A stretch of 64,000 bases of DNA from the NCBI GenBank assembly GCA_951406725.2, contig OX597828.1:52886001-52950000 (forward strand), given 5' to 3'. The stretch is from Octopus vulgaris (taxonomy: Eukaryota). Of the stretch, positions 39,395 to 52,291 are shown piece after piece (positions within the stretch are counted from its first letter, which is position 1; the number at the start of each line of letters is the position of its first letter). A program made the translations under genes and the position numbers. Under the pieces are notes generated by a model. That model was not told the DNA's origin. It searched no databases and saw only the letters and a program-made list of their open reading frames with translations.

Positions 39395-39572
39395 ACTGAG
39401 CTCCGCAGCCGATATGCCGCGTCACACTGGTGTGCCACAAGGCGATTCTAGGTGTGCCGCAGTGTAACCTGAATATTATTTTCTCTATACTTTTAGTTAT
39501 ATTTTTAGTTCAGTTGTGCCGCTGAATTTTGAAAAGTGTGCCGCAAGTGATAAAAGGTTGCGGAGCATCAGT
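39395..39572. mobile_element. hAT-like MITE
   Basis: Imperfect TIRs ACTGAGCTCCGCAGCC / GGTTGCGGAGCATCAGT with repeated subterminal (G)TGCCGC motifs. Confidence 0.65.
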
Positions 39573-40510
39573 ATATGATATGGTAGTGTGATGGTGTAGG
39601 TGGCGGTCTTCTGTGGTTTGGGTGGTTTTTCGTGTAGTAGTATTTACTGTGGTACATACACCCAGGAGTACTTATTGCTGTATTACCTAGGGAGACTTAT
39701 ATCACTGAGCTATTCTACCCGGAGTATTTTCAGTTATACTATTTAGGGTTACTTAGAACAACTCTACTGAAGGGTACCTGCAGAACGGAACTATTCTACA
39801 CAGGAGTACTTACAGCAACTATTCTGGTTGTGTTGGGGTGGTAATGTACTGGCATAATTGGCTGAATATTCACAGACACGCGTACCCCTTTAACACAATG
39901 CTCGGGTAGAAACAGCGTAATATCATATAAGATAAGGCAGTACTTTTGAAATACAGTTACAAAGTAACTGACGGGCTTCTCTACAGTTTCCTCTCTCTCT
40001 AATTTAACTCAGAAGTCTTAAATTGAACCGACGCTATGATAAAAGGCACTTTTTCGGGATATCCAACTATGGGATTGAACTCGTGATCCTGTGACTGCGA
40101 AGAGAATTTCTTAGCCATTCGTCGACACTGCGTCTATACAGTAATGAAATCAATGAAACAAGGTGTCACGCAGTGGGACTGAACCCGGAACCATGTGGTT
40201 GTAAAGCGAACTTCTAACTACACAGCCATGCCTGAGCGGAAGTAATTACACAACATTGTCGGCTTTTATATACTACTTAGTCAGAGGAGGCGGGATAACT
40301 CACGGGGACCTTTTCAAAGCTTCCTCCACAAGAGGTGACGCATCCTTAGCTCTAAATCCCTGACGCAAGTACTTCTAGTAGAATAGAATCCAAAAACTAC
40401 CAAGGACCAGTAAGTGGTGTCAAGCAAGGTAACGAATCAGTCACCATGATAGATCGTTAGTCACTACACACATTTTTTTCTCTCCTTGTTTCTCTCCTTC
40501 TTTTTTCTGT

Positions 40511-40552
40511 GTCCCTTTCTGTAGAAGAGCGTAGGCTCGAAACGTAAAGGAC
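40511..40552 (+). ncRNA. Minimal hammerhead-like motif (variant core) in a probable PLE terminal-repeat remnant (about 40440-40642)
   Basis: GTCCCTTT-CTGTAGA-A-GAGC-GTAG-GCTC-GAAA-CG-TA-AAGGAC. Same layout as 37976-38010; the A6U change departs from the canonical core. Confidence 0.55.
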
Positions 40553-41813
40553 TTTTTCTATTCCTGAGCGTTATACTAATACATCTGTTTGTTTTGTATA
40601 CCACCTGTCTTCGTCTTTTGTTTTTTTTCGTAAACTCTCCCTAACAAATTAGATCCTAAGTACATCACCAAAAAGACTGCGATGGTCACAGACGGAACGC
40701 TCTTAATCATTAGTCTTATTAATCGGGTATAACAAGGCCAATTCACACACCGACTCCCACGCGCATATAAAATATATCTGTTATCGAACATTTTTTTAAA
40801 CACCATACTTCACTATACATTAATATTAGAAATGCATTATACTGACATTTTTTTTAAACGAATTATAAAGGCGAAGCTTATGATAAAAACGTTAAAAACA
40901 GCTTCATTCCTAAATCGATAATTTTTGAGTGAAGCGGAAACTTAAAGTGTAATGTTCGAATCCTAGTAACGTTGATGTCTACTAATCTGTGCTCCTAAGA
41001 GAATAAACTTGAATGGTTTTAAATAAAACATCCAAGTTCAACGGATTTATTACTTCACAGTTAATATCATCAATACAATATCGACACATCAAACACTCCT
41101 CATGTCAATCCATTTAGTCATTATTGATCCATCACTGGAGGAAATACTCAACAAACCGTCACTATTTACTGTACCGATGTTTATCTGTATGTGTACATGT
41201 CCACGCCGGGCAATTGTAGATTCAACGATGTACCCGCACGGTCTGTCACGTGTTTAGCTTTGGCCACAGGCACCAAGAGGAAATTCGAACTCAGAATGCA
41301 GAGAATTGAAAGAAATCTTACACAGTGCTCAGTCCAACTCCCCGGGCTGATATTTTATTTATCAATTCGTAAAGAATGAAAGCTAAGTTCACATCTACTG
41401 GATTTGAACCCAGAACCTAAAGGAATGTACCTAAATACGGCAGGGCATTTTATCCACCTCCCTAACATGTTTTCAACACTATATTCTAGAATACTTTTTT
41501 TTAAATAATTATTCCTAGATTTGACCTTAAATTTGGAGAATTTGGAGTGTGGTCATAGAATTATCCAGTATTCGACAAGTACTTAATTTTATCAACCCCG
41601 GAAAAATGAAACGCAAAGGTAACCTCAACAAGATTTGAACCTAGATACAAAAGATCCATACTAAATATGTATGTATATATATGTACCTATGTATGCATGT
41701 ATATAAGTATAGTGCATATATCAAACGTATATAATCACATACAGTGTATATGTGTATACATATACAAGTATGCATACATTACATAACCAAACTTGTAATC
41801 AATAAACCAATAC

Positions 41814-42295
41814 ATCAATCAGGCAATCAATCAATTAATCAGTCAGCTAATCAGTCAATTATTCAATTATATTAATGTATCGATACGTTGCGATCACTTG
41901 GGAGTTTCACTCACTGTAGATATTGATAAACCTATTGAAGTTATTGATCCGATAAAAGGAGAGAGATTGATATATGCTTGTAACTCCCATCTACACGCAC
42001 GCACGCACATTCTATTCTACCTGCCCATCTAACTCCCAATATATATATATATATATATATATATCGGAAAGAGAGGCATACATACAAATAAATAATAAAC
42101 AGATTGATTTTTATCTATCTATCTATCTCTCTATCTATCGATCTCTCTGCTTGTCTCTTTATTTCCAATAGTTCCGTGAATGCCTTTACTGATTGAAATT
42201 CTCAAGTGATTGCAACGTATCGATGCATTGATATAGATTGAAAAATTGACTGTTTAGATGATCGATTGATTAATTGATTGATTGATTTTTTGATT
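41814..42295. repeat. Diverged inverted repeat of about 100 bp with a spacer of about 275 bp
   Basis: 41814-41913 pairs with 42190-42295. Confidence 0.85.
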
Positions 42296-42408
42296 AATAT
42301 CTGCATCCTTGTCATGATCTCGAAGGTGTGTATAATAAATAAATATATACATATATTATACACACTAACGTTATTAGTTTTAGAAGTAATAATGTTCTTT
42401 TATATATA

Positions 42409-42447
<39 letters not shown>

Positions 42448-43050
42448 TTTTATTAGCGGTTCGGCAAAAGAGACCGACAGAATAAGTACTAGGCTTCCAA
42501 GGAATAAGTCTTGGGGTCGATTTGCTCGACTAAAGGCGTTGCTCCAGCATGGCCGCTGTCAAATGACTGAAACAACTGAAAGAGAAAGAGAGGTGTATCT
42601 TTCTTCATTAAGGTTTCTACAGTAAACATGTGCGCCGGTTCAAACTATGGATGGAGGACACATTACATCAAAACTAACTTGCACGCACAAACAGTCTCTC
42701 TCTCTCTCTCTCTCACTCACTCACACACGCACACAGCCGGTTGTTAATATTTCCTTAATTTTTTACATCGTGTTTATGTTTCGTGTGTAGTCTTTCTAAA
42801 TATTAATCCGTGTTTATCATGTGCTAATATCAACACGGGTGGTACTGTATGATATCAAACAGTGGCCTCATTACTACATGCTTGTAGAGTTTATTTGTTT
42901 TTTAATCACAATGCTACCCTGCTAAGCTGCTAGCCTCTACGCTCCATGAAACAGGTTACACTGAAGCGACGACGAGTCAATGCAAGCTTATTGTGGTCAT
43001 ACATGCAAATGTATGTCTACGTGTATGTACGGATGGATGTACTACGTGTA

Positions 43051-43239
43051 TATGCTGGGATGCTGAAAAGTTTTTGGCTTTAAAGGAATCGTCAAAGGTC
43101 TGATTCGAAGCCCTAGCTTACGAGTTCTTTTACAAAGTTTAGAGAAATTGACAGACCTCTGCATTAAGTGTATGAATCTGAGAGGGAAATATGTTGAATA
43201 AAATCATAAACCCAAGAACTTTTTATCCCCACCCCTCGT
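43051..43239 (+). mobile_element. Mariner-derived MITE (TIRs plus the last codons of the transposase)
   Basis: TIR-like GCTGAAAAGTTTTTGG / CCAAGAACTTTTATCC..CCCCTCG; internal LEKLTDLCIKCMNLRGKYVE* resembles a mariner C-terminus. Confidence 0.75.
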
Positions 43240-43676
43240 GTGTGTCTATGTATGTACGTACGTGTGCATCTATGTATGCCCATACGATGTATGTATGCAT
43301 TTGGAAGTCCTTCCTTAGTTATAAGCTCATAAATCTGCTACCCCGGGTTCTTCCTTTCGACGCGACGCCGGTCCATTGTAAGATTAATCAATTTTGTCAG
43401 CTGAGTTGAGTGGAGCGACATGAAATGAAGTGCTTTGCTCAAGAGCACAATGCATCGCCCGGTCAAGGAATCGAAACCGCAATCTTACGATCGTGAGTGC
43501 GACACGGTAATCGCTAGACCTCGTGCCACCACATCTCTGTATAAGCACGTGTTTTGGTCTATGGATAACATATTCATAGAGATACCAACACACACGCACA
43601 CACATATATATGTGCGCGTGCGTGTGTGTGTGTGTGTTTGTATGTATATATATATATATATATCTTTATATATATA

Positions 43677-43698
43677 TCTTTATATATAAAGCTGAAGT

Positions 43699-43738
<40 letters not shown>

Positions 43739-43815
43739 TTGGTAGCCTTCAACTAACACCAGCTCCTCCGAGACCCTGCGGCGCATGTTGACTAAAATTG
43801 ACAGTATGATAGAAG
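43677..43815 (+). mobile_element. Probable 5' end of a non-autonomous Helitron/HINE-like element
   Basis: TCTTTATATATAAAG start followed by (GT)n and CTCCTCCGAGACCC...AAAATTG, a layout typical of such elements. Family assignment is by pattern only. Confidence 0.45.
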
Positions 43816-44200
43816 GTTGAAGGGCGTCCTGCTCCCTCTTCGTGCGTCACGCTGTCCGGCCATTTTTAAACTACTCGATCCATCAACTCATACACACTTC
43901 TATGCGAAAATGTCCTGTCCCCGTATTCTACTAAAAGCTTCCGATGAATTTCGGCCACTGACACACCTTTCGACCATAGAAATCGGATTACTGCCCTTTG
44001 TTCTTCTTTGGTGCACATTGCTAATGGAGCGGCCATGCTTACACTGTAAAACCAGAATGAAAAATGGCGCGACAAGGCTCAAACTTCGATTACATGACAA
44101 AAATAGAACTAAATATAAGCACGCATGCGCAGAAGACAATGTAATAATAATAAAGATATGTTGTGATGAAAGTGCAGATAATATTTGGCTTTCTCTCGTA
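43816..44200 (-). mobile_element. Mariner transposon 5' fragment
   Basis: MAAPLAMCTKEEQRAVIRFLWSKGVSVAEIHRKLLVEYGD...GRPST; TIR-like TA-CGAGAGAAAGCCAAATATTATCTGC at the right end. Confidence 0.88.
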
Positions 44201-44207
44201 TATATAT

Positions 44208-44345
44208 AGGCGTGGCTGTATGGTAAGAAGGTTGATGGTTCTGCGTTCAGTCCCACTGTGTGGCACCTTGACGAAGTGTCTTCTGCTATAGCCTCGGGCC
44301 GAGTACAACTTTGTGAGTGGATTTGGTAGACGAAAGAAGTTCGTC

Positions 44346-44401
<56 letters not shown>

Positions 44402-44550
44402 CCACCATCGCTTAACAACCGATGATGATGTGATTATGTTCCCGTAACTTAGCAGGTGGGCAAAAGAAACCGATAGAATAAGTACCAGCCTCACAAAGAA
44501 TAAGCACTCGGGTCGCTTTGTTCAGGCCGCCGTCAACTGACTGAAACAAA
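44208..44550 (+). mobile_element. SINE family A (diverged)
   Basis: Head, (TA)n and body. Confidence 0.82.
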
Positions 44551-44893
44551 TATACATATACACGCGCGCGCGAGTGTGTGTGTGTGTGTTATCTCTCTGA
44601 AGCCGATTGGGTTTCCTCTTGAAAGCTCGGTCCTAGTAAAAGATAAGCGTAATCCATATATTGATGCTTGTTTCGGTCGGTGATTTCCGATTGCACCACT
44701 CTTTGTATGACAAATATTATACCTTACGCTCCGCTTAGATGCAAATATAATTTTATTTACATAAGACACTAAGAAGTCTAATTTAACTCACATATACAGA
44801 ATATGTCGTACTAAATGACAATGTAACAACTTTGACTTATGTAGGTGTATATGTATATGCGTGTAGCGTGTGTATATATATATATATATATAT

Positions 44894-45053
44894 AGGAGTG
44901 GCTGTGTGGTAAGTAGCTTACTAACCAACCACATGGTTGCGGTTTCAGTCCCACTGCGTGGCATCTTGGGCAAGTGTCTTCTGCTATAGCCCCGGGCCGA
45001 CCAATGCCTTGTGAGTGGATTTGGTAGACGGAAACTGAAAGAAGCCTGTCGTA

Positions 45054-45130
<77 letters not shown>

Positions 45131-45337
45131 TTGTGTCTGTGTTTGTCCTCCTAGCATTGCTTGACAACCGATGCTGGTGTGTTTACGTCCCCGTCACTTA
45201 GCGGTTCGGCAAAAGAGACCGATAGTATAAGTACTGGGCTTACAAAGAATAAGTCCCGGGGTCGATTTGCTCGACTAAAGGCGGTGCTCCAGCATGGCCA
45301 CAGTCAAATGACTGAAACAAGTAAAAAGAGTAAAAGA
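44894..45337 (+). mobile_element. SINE family A, near-intact copy
   Basis: Complete head, core, (TA)n(TG)n, body and GTAAAAGAG tail. Confidence 0.95.
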
Positions 45338-45434
45338 GATATATGTATATATATATATACATATATGCATATATATATATGTATGTGTATATACATGTGT
45401 GTGCGTATAATGTCTTAATATTTTGCTTAGGCAA

Positions 45435-45652
45435 GGCAGTGAGCTGGCAGAATGGTTAACACGCCGGGCAAAATGCTAAGCAGCATTTCGCCAGTCTTCG
45501 TGTTCTGAATTCAAATTCCACCGAGGTTGACTTCGCCTTTCATCCTTTGGGGGTCGATAAAAAGAGTACCAGTTGATCACTCGGGTTGATCTAATCGACT
45601 TACTACCCCGCCCCCGAACTTGCTGGCCTTGTGCTAAAATTTGAAATCAATA
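45435..45652 (+). mobile_element. SINE family B variant
   Basis: GAGCTGGCAGAA head and GCCTTTCATCCTTTGGGGGTCGATAAA block; tail as at 5940-6410. Confidence 0.82.
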
Positions 45653-45924
45653 TTTCGCTTGGGCATTTCGCTTGGTGTAGAACTCAATATACAAACGCTT
45701 CTGAGCGAAGAATTAGTCCAGTACAGAGCGGTAATAAGATAATGAGATGACAAAGGTATAAACCGTTACTTTATGAACTTCATTCCACTATAAGTGGAAA
45801 CAGCTGTGGACTCATAGTGTTTCAACTATGAGTCTACTGCATTTTATATTTGAAACAGCTGTAAGCTAAGGAAGTTCCTAAGACAATCGGTCATTCATTC
45901 ATCACTGTCCTTATATGCATGTAT

Positions 45925-46527
45925 TTATACATACATACATACATACATACATACATACATACATACATACGCGCATACATACATGCATGCATGCATGCAT
46001 GCATGCATACATACATACATACATACATACGTGCATACATACATACGCGCATACATACATACATACATACATGCATACATACATACATACATGCATACAT
46101 ACGTGCATACATACATACATACGTATATACATACGTACATACATACATACATACATACATACATACATACATACATACATACATACATACATACATACAT
46201 ACATACATACATACATACATACATACATGTATGAGTTGTTGACGATTGCTCGTCAACAAATATGTAAGGATGAAAGGACTCAATACTGATGTATGGGATC
46301 ACATTTGAGATGTGTGTGGCTATGAGTTGACGTTCTCTCTTTCTCGAAGGGTGTTCGAGTACGTATATGTTCAAACACACAGATATCCATGCAGGCATAC
46401 ACACATAACTGTATGTATGTATGTATGTATGTATGTATGTATGTATGTATGTATGCATGCATGCATGCATGCATGCATGCATGTATGTATGTATGTATGT
46501 ATGTATGTATGTATGTATGTATGTATG
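45925..46527. repeat. (TACA)n and inverted (TGTA)n microsatellites
   Basis: 45925-46228 and 46410-46527, both interrupted by (TGCA)n. Confidence 0.93.
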
Positions 46528-46901
46528 CTTATGTGTGTATCTGTATATCCCAATGTGGATATAGTTGTATATGTATTAATATATACATATGTATTCTTTA
46601 TCTCTTATCTTTAAATTCGAATCATTAGACTGCGGCAATGCTGGAGCACTGCAGTGAAGAATTTTAGCCGAAAGAATCGACTCCAATCCTCTTCTTCTAT
46701 GTCTATTAGACTCTATTGCTGAACTGCTAAGAGACAGTCACATAAATAAACCAGCACCGGTTGTAAAGCGTTGATTGGACACAAGCACTAAGATACACAC
46801 ACATCTATGTATATATAGAGAGAGAAAGGGAGGAGAAAGAAATAGAGAGAGAGTAAGAGAGATAGGGAGAAATAGAGGGAGAAAGACAGTGGGAGACAAA
46901 C

Positions 46902-46960
<59 letters not shown>

Positions 46961-47505
46961 GAGAGAGATTAACGGGCTTCTTTCAGTTTCCGTCTACTAG
47001 ATCCACTCACAGGGCTCTGATCGGTTCGAAGCTAAATGCATATATTTGGTTATGTTATTAACTGCTTAAATGTCAAACACGAAAAGTTAGAATAATCAGA
47101 TTAAAGTAAGCTACCAAGTTAACGCACTATATATGCAGTTTGTAAGTGGAACAGTGAAAACAAGCAGATCTTTTCGAAATGCACATCATGTGACGCTTGT
47201 CTTTTTTCTTAACCCAAATTCCGGCAACCGTGTTTTGTTTCTTTGTTAGAAACCAGGCGTTGCTCTGTGGTAAGTAGTTTATTTCTCAATTGCATGAGTC
47301 CGGGTTCACTCACACAGCGTAGCAACTTTGGCAAGTGTTTCTTACTGTGGCTTCGGACTTACCAAAAGATTTTGAACTAAAATTTGACTATCTTACGGTT
47401 AGCAGAAGGATGAGCATCGCACTAGTAAATATAAAATAAAGAGAACATATAGCATACAGACATAGAACAGTTTCCTTAAATGGAGAAGCCTGTATTTAAA
47501 CACCA

Positions 47506-47843
47506 TGAAGGCGCATGGCTCAGTGGTCAGAGCGTCAAGCTTACGATCGTGAGTTCGAATCCTGGTAGTGAGTTCGAATCCTGGACCGGGCTGTGTGTTG
47601 TGTTCTTGAGCAAGACACTTTATTTCACGTTACTCCAGTTAACTCAGCCCTAGAAATGAGCTGCGATGTCTGGTGCAAGCTGTATCGGCCTTTGCCTTTC
47701 CCTTGGATGACATCAGTGGTGTGGAGAGGCTGGTATGCATGGGCGACTCCTGGCCTCCCATAAACAACCTTTCCCGGACTTGTGCCTGGGAGGGTAACTT
47801 TCTAGATGCCATCCCATGGTCATTCATGACTGAAAGAGGTCTC
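47506..47843 (+). mobile_element. SINE family C with duplicated B-box segment
   Basis: GTGAGTTCGAATCCTGG occurs twice in tandem in the head. Confidence 0.9.
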
Positions 47844-47927
47844 AACGGCACTGGAAGCAACAAATTTTGCTACCGCCATCACACCCACATGATCCTGGGG
47901 GCGATGTATTTCAAACATATATATATA

Positions 47928-48164
47928 ACTCTTTACTCTTTTACTCTTTTACTTGTTTCAGTCATCTGACTGCGGCCATACTGGAGCACCACCTTTTAGT
48001 ACTTATTCTATCGGTCTCTTTTTGCCGAACCGCTAAGTGACGGGGACGTAAACACACCAGCATCGGTTGTCAAGCAATGCTAGGGGGACAAACACAGACA
48101 CACAAACACACACACATATACATATATATACATATATACGACAGGCTTCTTTCAGTTTCCGTCT
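47928..48164 (-). mobile_element. 5'-truncated SINE family A flanked by a 114-bp direct duplication
   Basis: 47814-47927 equals 48165-48278. Confidence 0.9.
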
Positions 48165-48264
48165 CCATGGTCATTCATGACTGAAAGAGGTCTCAACGGC
48201 ACTGGAAGCAACAAATTTTGCTACCGCCATCACACCCACATGATCCTGGGGGCGATGTATTTCA

Positions 48265-48304
<40 letters not shown>

Positions 48305-48509
48305 ATGGTTACAGATGGAATGTCTTATCTGGCTGTTTCCCATAATGAGGACCTGAGAGATTTTAGAGACGGAAAAATTAATAGGTTTCACAAAATTAGG
48401 ATAGCTTAAAACTCTTGTAATTTATTCAACAACATGGTGAAGAGAGTATTGTAGGGATGCTGCCTGCCTGTGTTCTGTTTTGTCTTTAACGTAGTGGTGA
48501 ATCGGCGGC

Positions 48510-49070
48510 TATGATGATGTTATCATGATGATAATTACTATAACGATAATGATTTATGATGACGAAGCTTGATGATGGCAAAGACGACGGCTTTGATGAT
48601 GATGATAATGATGATGTCGAGCACGACGATGGTCATGATAATGATGACGACGATATCGTTGTTGATGATGATGATGATGATGGTGACGACCGCGATGACA
48701 ATGTTCATGGTGACGATGTTGAGGATTGCGATGATGACGACGATGACGATGATGATGATGATGATGATGACGATGATGATGACGACGACGACGATGATGA
48801 TGATGGTGACGACCGCGATGACAATGTTCATGGTGACGATGTTGAGGATTGCGATGATGACGATGATGATGACGATGATGATGATGATGATGATGACGGT
48901 GATGATGACGATGGTGATGATAGTGATGATGGTGATGATGATCGTGATGATGATCGTGTTGATAATGATCATGATGATGATGAGCCTAATAATAATGCTG
49001 AGAATGTTGGTAACGATGAAGCTGGAGACGGTGATGTTGATGGTTATGATGATGCTGACGATGATATCTG
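48510..49070 (+). repeat. Degenerate (GAT)n tract with an internal tandem duplication of about 123 bp
   Basis: GGTGACGACCGCGATGACAATGTTCATGGTGACGATGTTGAGGATTGCG occurs twice. Confidence 0.9.
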
Positions 49071-49424
49071 TGAGAAAAAAAAACATACATTAACTAAACT
49101 AAAAATCTATAAATCAATCAATCAAACAAAGATCAATGTGGCAATGTCCACGTTATCAGTGGCACATGGAATATGTTTAAGGAAGCAATAACCATGATCA
49201 AACAGATAGAACAACATCGATAATAACGTGATTAGAGTTTTGTGTGGTCAGTGGCGGAGGTGGTGGGTGACGGCAGTGGTGACAGTAGCTATGAATAAAT
49301 AAATAAATAAATAAAATAAATAAATAAATAAATAAATAAAATAAATAAATAAAATAAATATATACATATATTCTGATATTTTTTAAAGTTCAATGCATTG
49401 ATACATGTTCTTTAGACTGTGTCC

Positions 49425-49457
<33 letters not shown>

Positions 49458-49879
49458 TGAATCATTACATAACTTGCCATCCATCATATTGTATCGGCTG
49501 GCAAGCCAGAGAAAAAAACCTATACGTGGACACAACAACCTGCAAGAAATAGCAACTAAAATTCCTTCAAATCTCTAATATTTCCTTCAAATTATATTTG
49601 TTATTTAATATTTCCTTCGAATTATATATGTTCCTTTAAATCCCTAATATATAAAAGGCCATGGAAACATATTGGCATAAAGTTGATCGTCAACATACAC
49701 CAACAGTCGTTGACTGTTCTGTTAGAAATAGCAGCCAAATGTCAATCTCGACTATCTTCGAAAAGGACAAGTTGAAGGTGGTCCTTGGTTTGTTCTGCAT
49801 AGGAAAAAAAAAAGGTGTGGTCAAGACTGGAATGCTTTTGACTAGGAGAGACCTCGGGCTAAACAACAGCACTTTCTGA

Positions 49880-50180
49880 TTCCACATTGCCATGTTTAAC
49901 GGTACAACAGAAACCGATGTTCCATGGAGTTGACTGGTTTTGCATCATCAGCAGCATCCTCTCAGAAACCTCCATCATCTGAGGCGTGTCCCCGACTCAA
50001 GCTCCCGACACTAAGCTCTGCACTCGCTCCTTCTTCCTTTGAATGCCATCCCTCTGGAATTCTCTCCTTGTCCTTGTCTTTAGACCCAATCACAAAATAT
50101 ACCTCTACACGAACTGAACCTCCCTTCATTCTCCTACAATTTTTCTCTTCACAAGGAGCTAGCATTACCAGTATTTTCTC
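49880..50180 (+). mobile_element. Possible highly degenerate LINE (L2/CR1-group) 3' end
   Basis: Fragments resembling RCSMEL...SFF...LWNSL across shifting frames. Confidence 0.4.
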
Positions 50181-50201
50181 ACTTCATCGTTCATATATCT
50201 A

Positions 50202-50432
50202 TTTCTTTACTACCCACAAGGGGCTAAACACAGAGGGGACAAACAAGGACAGACAAACGGATTAAGTCGATTATATCGACTCCAGTGCGTAACTTGTACT
50301 TATTTAATCGACCCCGAAAGGATGAAAGGCAAAGTCGACCTCGGCGGAATTTGAACTCAGAACGTAACGGCAGACAAAATACGGCTACGCATTTCGCCCG
50401 GCGTGCTAACATTTCTACCAGCTCGCCGCCTT
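50202..50432 (-). mobile_element. SINE family B monomer with 15-bp TSD
   Basis: TCGTTCATATATCTA at 50187-50201 and 50445-50459. Confidence 0.92.
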
Positions 50433-51342
50433 GTGTGTACCAGCTCGTTCATATATCTACCGATGCATTTCCATCAGTGAGAGTGTTGGACCCATGATTC
50501 TAAGTTCGTGGGGTCGATTCCTGGTCCAAGCAGAGTCTTGTGTCCTTGAGCTAGGCACTTCAATTTAAATTGCTTTAATCTACTAAACGAAAATGAGTAC
50601 CAGCCGATTGCTAATGCAACATTCTCTTTCTTTTCCTCCCTACAGCAGTCACATCTTCAGTGTTTCAGTTGGAAGGGCCGAAACAGTACTTGCGTCTGCT
50701 CGCGACCGCAAAGACACTTCAAACAATAAGCGAAACCATGGTTTAAACAATCAAGTCGTGCTCGCTTGCCAATAACAGTCAATTTATTTTTCTAGAAATT
50801 ATCAGCTTGAGACTTATTACCTTACATCTCAAGAATGAAAAGAAGCACGAACCACAGAATGAAAGGAAAATAAATAAGGAGAAAAGAGAGAACGGTAACT
50901 TCAGAGGTCAAATTTCTGCATTCCTGGCGACAAACCATCTCTTAGAGCAAGACAGCTGTCAAAGCTGTATGTAGGAAACTGATGAAGTGCACACAATTTG
51001 TTGAAAGTATAGAGACTATACTATAGACTCTGTAGAGATTAAATATTATATTTTCAAAGTCAATGCTCAATTGTCATTGATGTCTATCTGCCAATTTATC
51101 CACATTCTGGATATGTCCACATACACATATGCGAAGATGGATATAAATAGATTACAAATACACACACTTCCCAACCCATATTTCCTTGGACCTTAAAGTT
51201 TCAGGCTTATATCAACAATTATTAGTAATAATTGCCTCCCAACCAGATAGTTCCGGTTTCAGTCCCGCTGCGCGGCATCTTGGGCAAGTATCTTCTGCTG
51301 TAGCTTCGGATGGATTTGGTAGATGGGAACTGAAAGCCCGTC

Positions 51343-51395
<53 letters not shown>

Positions 51396-52252
51396 TATAT
51401 ATACACACAGACATATATATATTGTGTGTGGGGGGGGGGTTGTGTGTGTGTGATTTGTGAATCTGTTTGCCTCACCACCACACACTGACAGTCTATGTTG
51501 GTGCGCTTACGTCACCGTAATATAGCAGTTCGGTAAAAGGCATGATAGAATAAGTACAGGGCTTTTATATATATACACGCATACATATACATACACATTA
51601 ACATATACATAAACATTATCATATACATATACACATATACATAACCATATGCATGCACATGCAAGAGTTGCTGCCGTCTTCGACGGGTTGAAAGACCACG
51701 ATTTGGTCTTATGTCATTTCTTTGGGTTGAGGGCCTTTCCTATCATCCATAACTTTGCAGTACGTCCTGCATCTGCTTTAATGTAGCGGCCTCACAGACA
51801 CTCCTACATGCACCCGTGCACACACACAAACACACACACACACACATACATTTATACATACATTTAACGTACATACACATCTACATACATCTATTGTGTG
51901 TCGAAGATTACATTTTGAGTGTGTGCATGTTCCGTTTATGTAGTCATGTGACATATATATACATGTGTATGCTTGTGTATATATGTGTGTGCGCACGTTT
52001 ATGTATGTATAATACGTAGCAACACACGTACACAATTAAACCACCCAAATATATTTTGGAATCACATAGAAACAACAATAACATTTTCCATAAACGAGCA
52101 GGCACTGTATGACTATCTGCTTGCATTTGTTTGCGTATGTATACATGCATACAAATTTACATACATGAATACATACATACATACTTACACACATGTACAT
52201 GTATATATGTACGTATATACACAGCGAATGCGCTAATGCGGTAGGTACCTCC

Positions 52253-52291
<39 letters not shown>

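Noticed and set aside
48556-49191. 211-aa poly-Asp ORF resembling acidic biomineralisation proteins
   Set aside because: It is a degenerate (GAT)n tract. Single substitutions in GAT cannot create a stop, other frames are also open, and there is no signal peptide.
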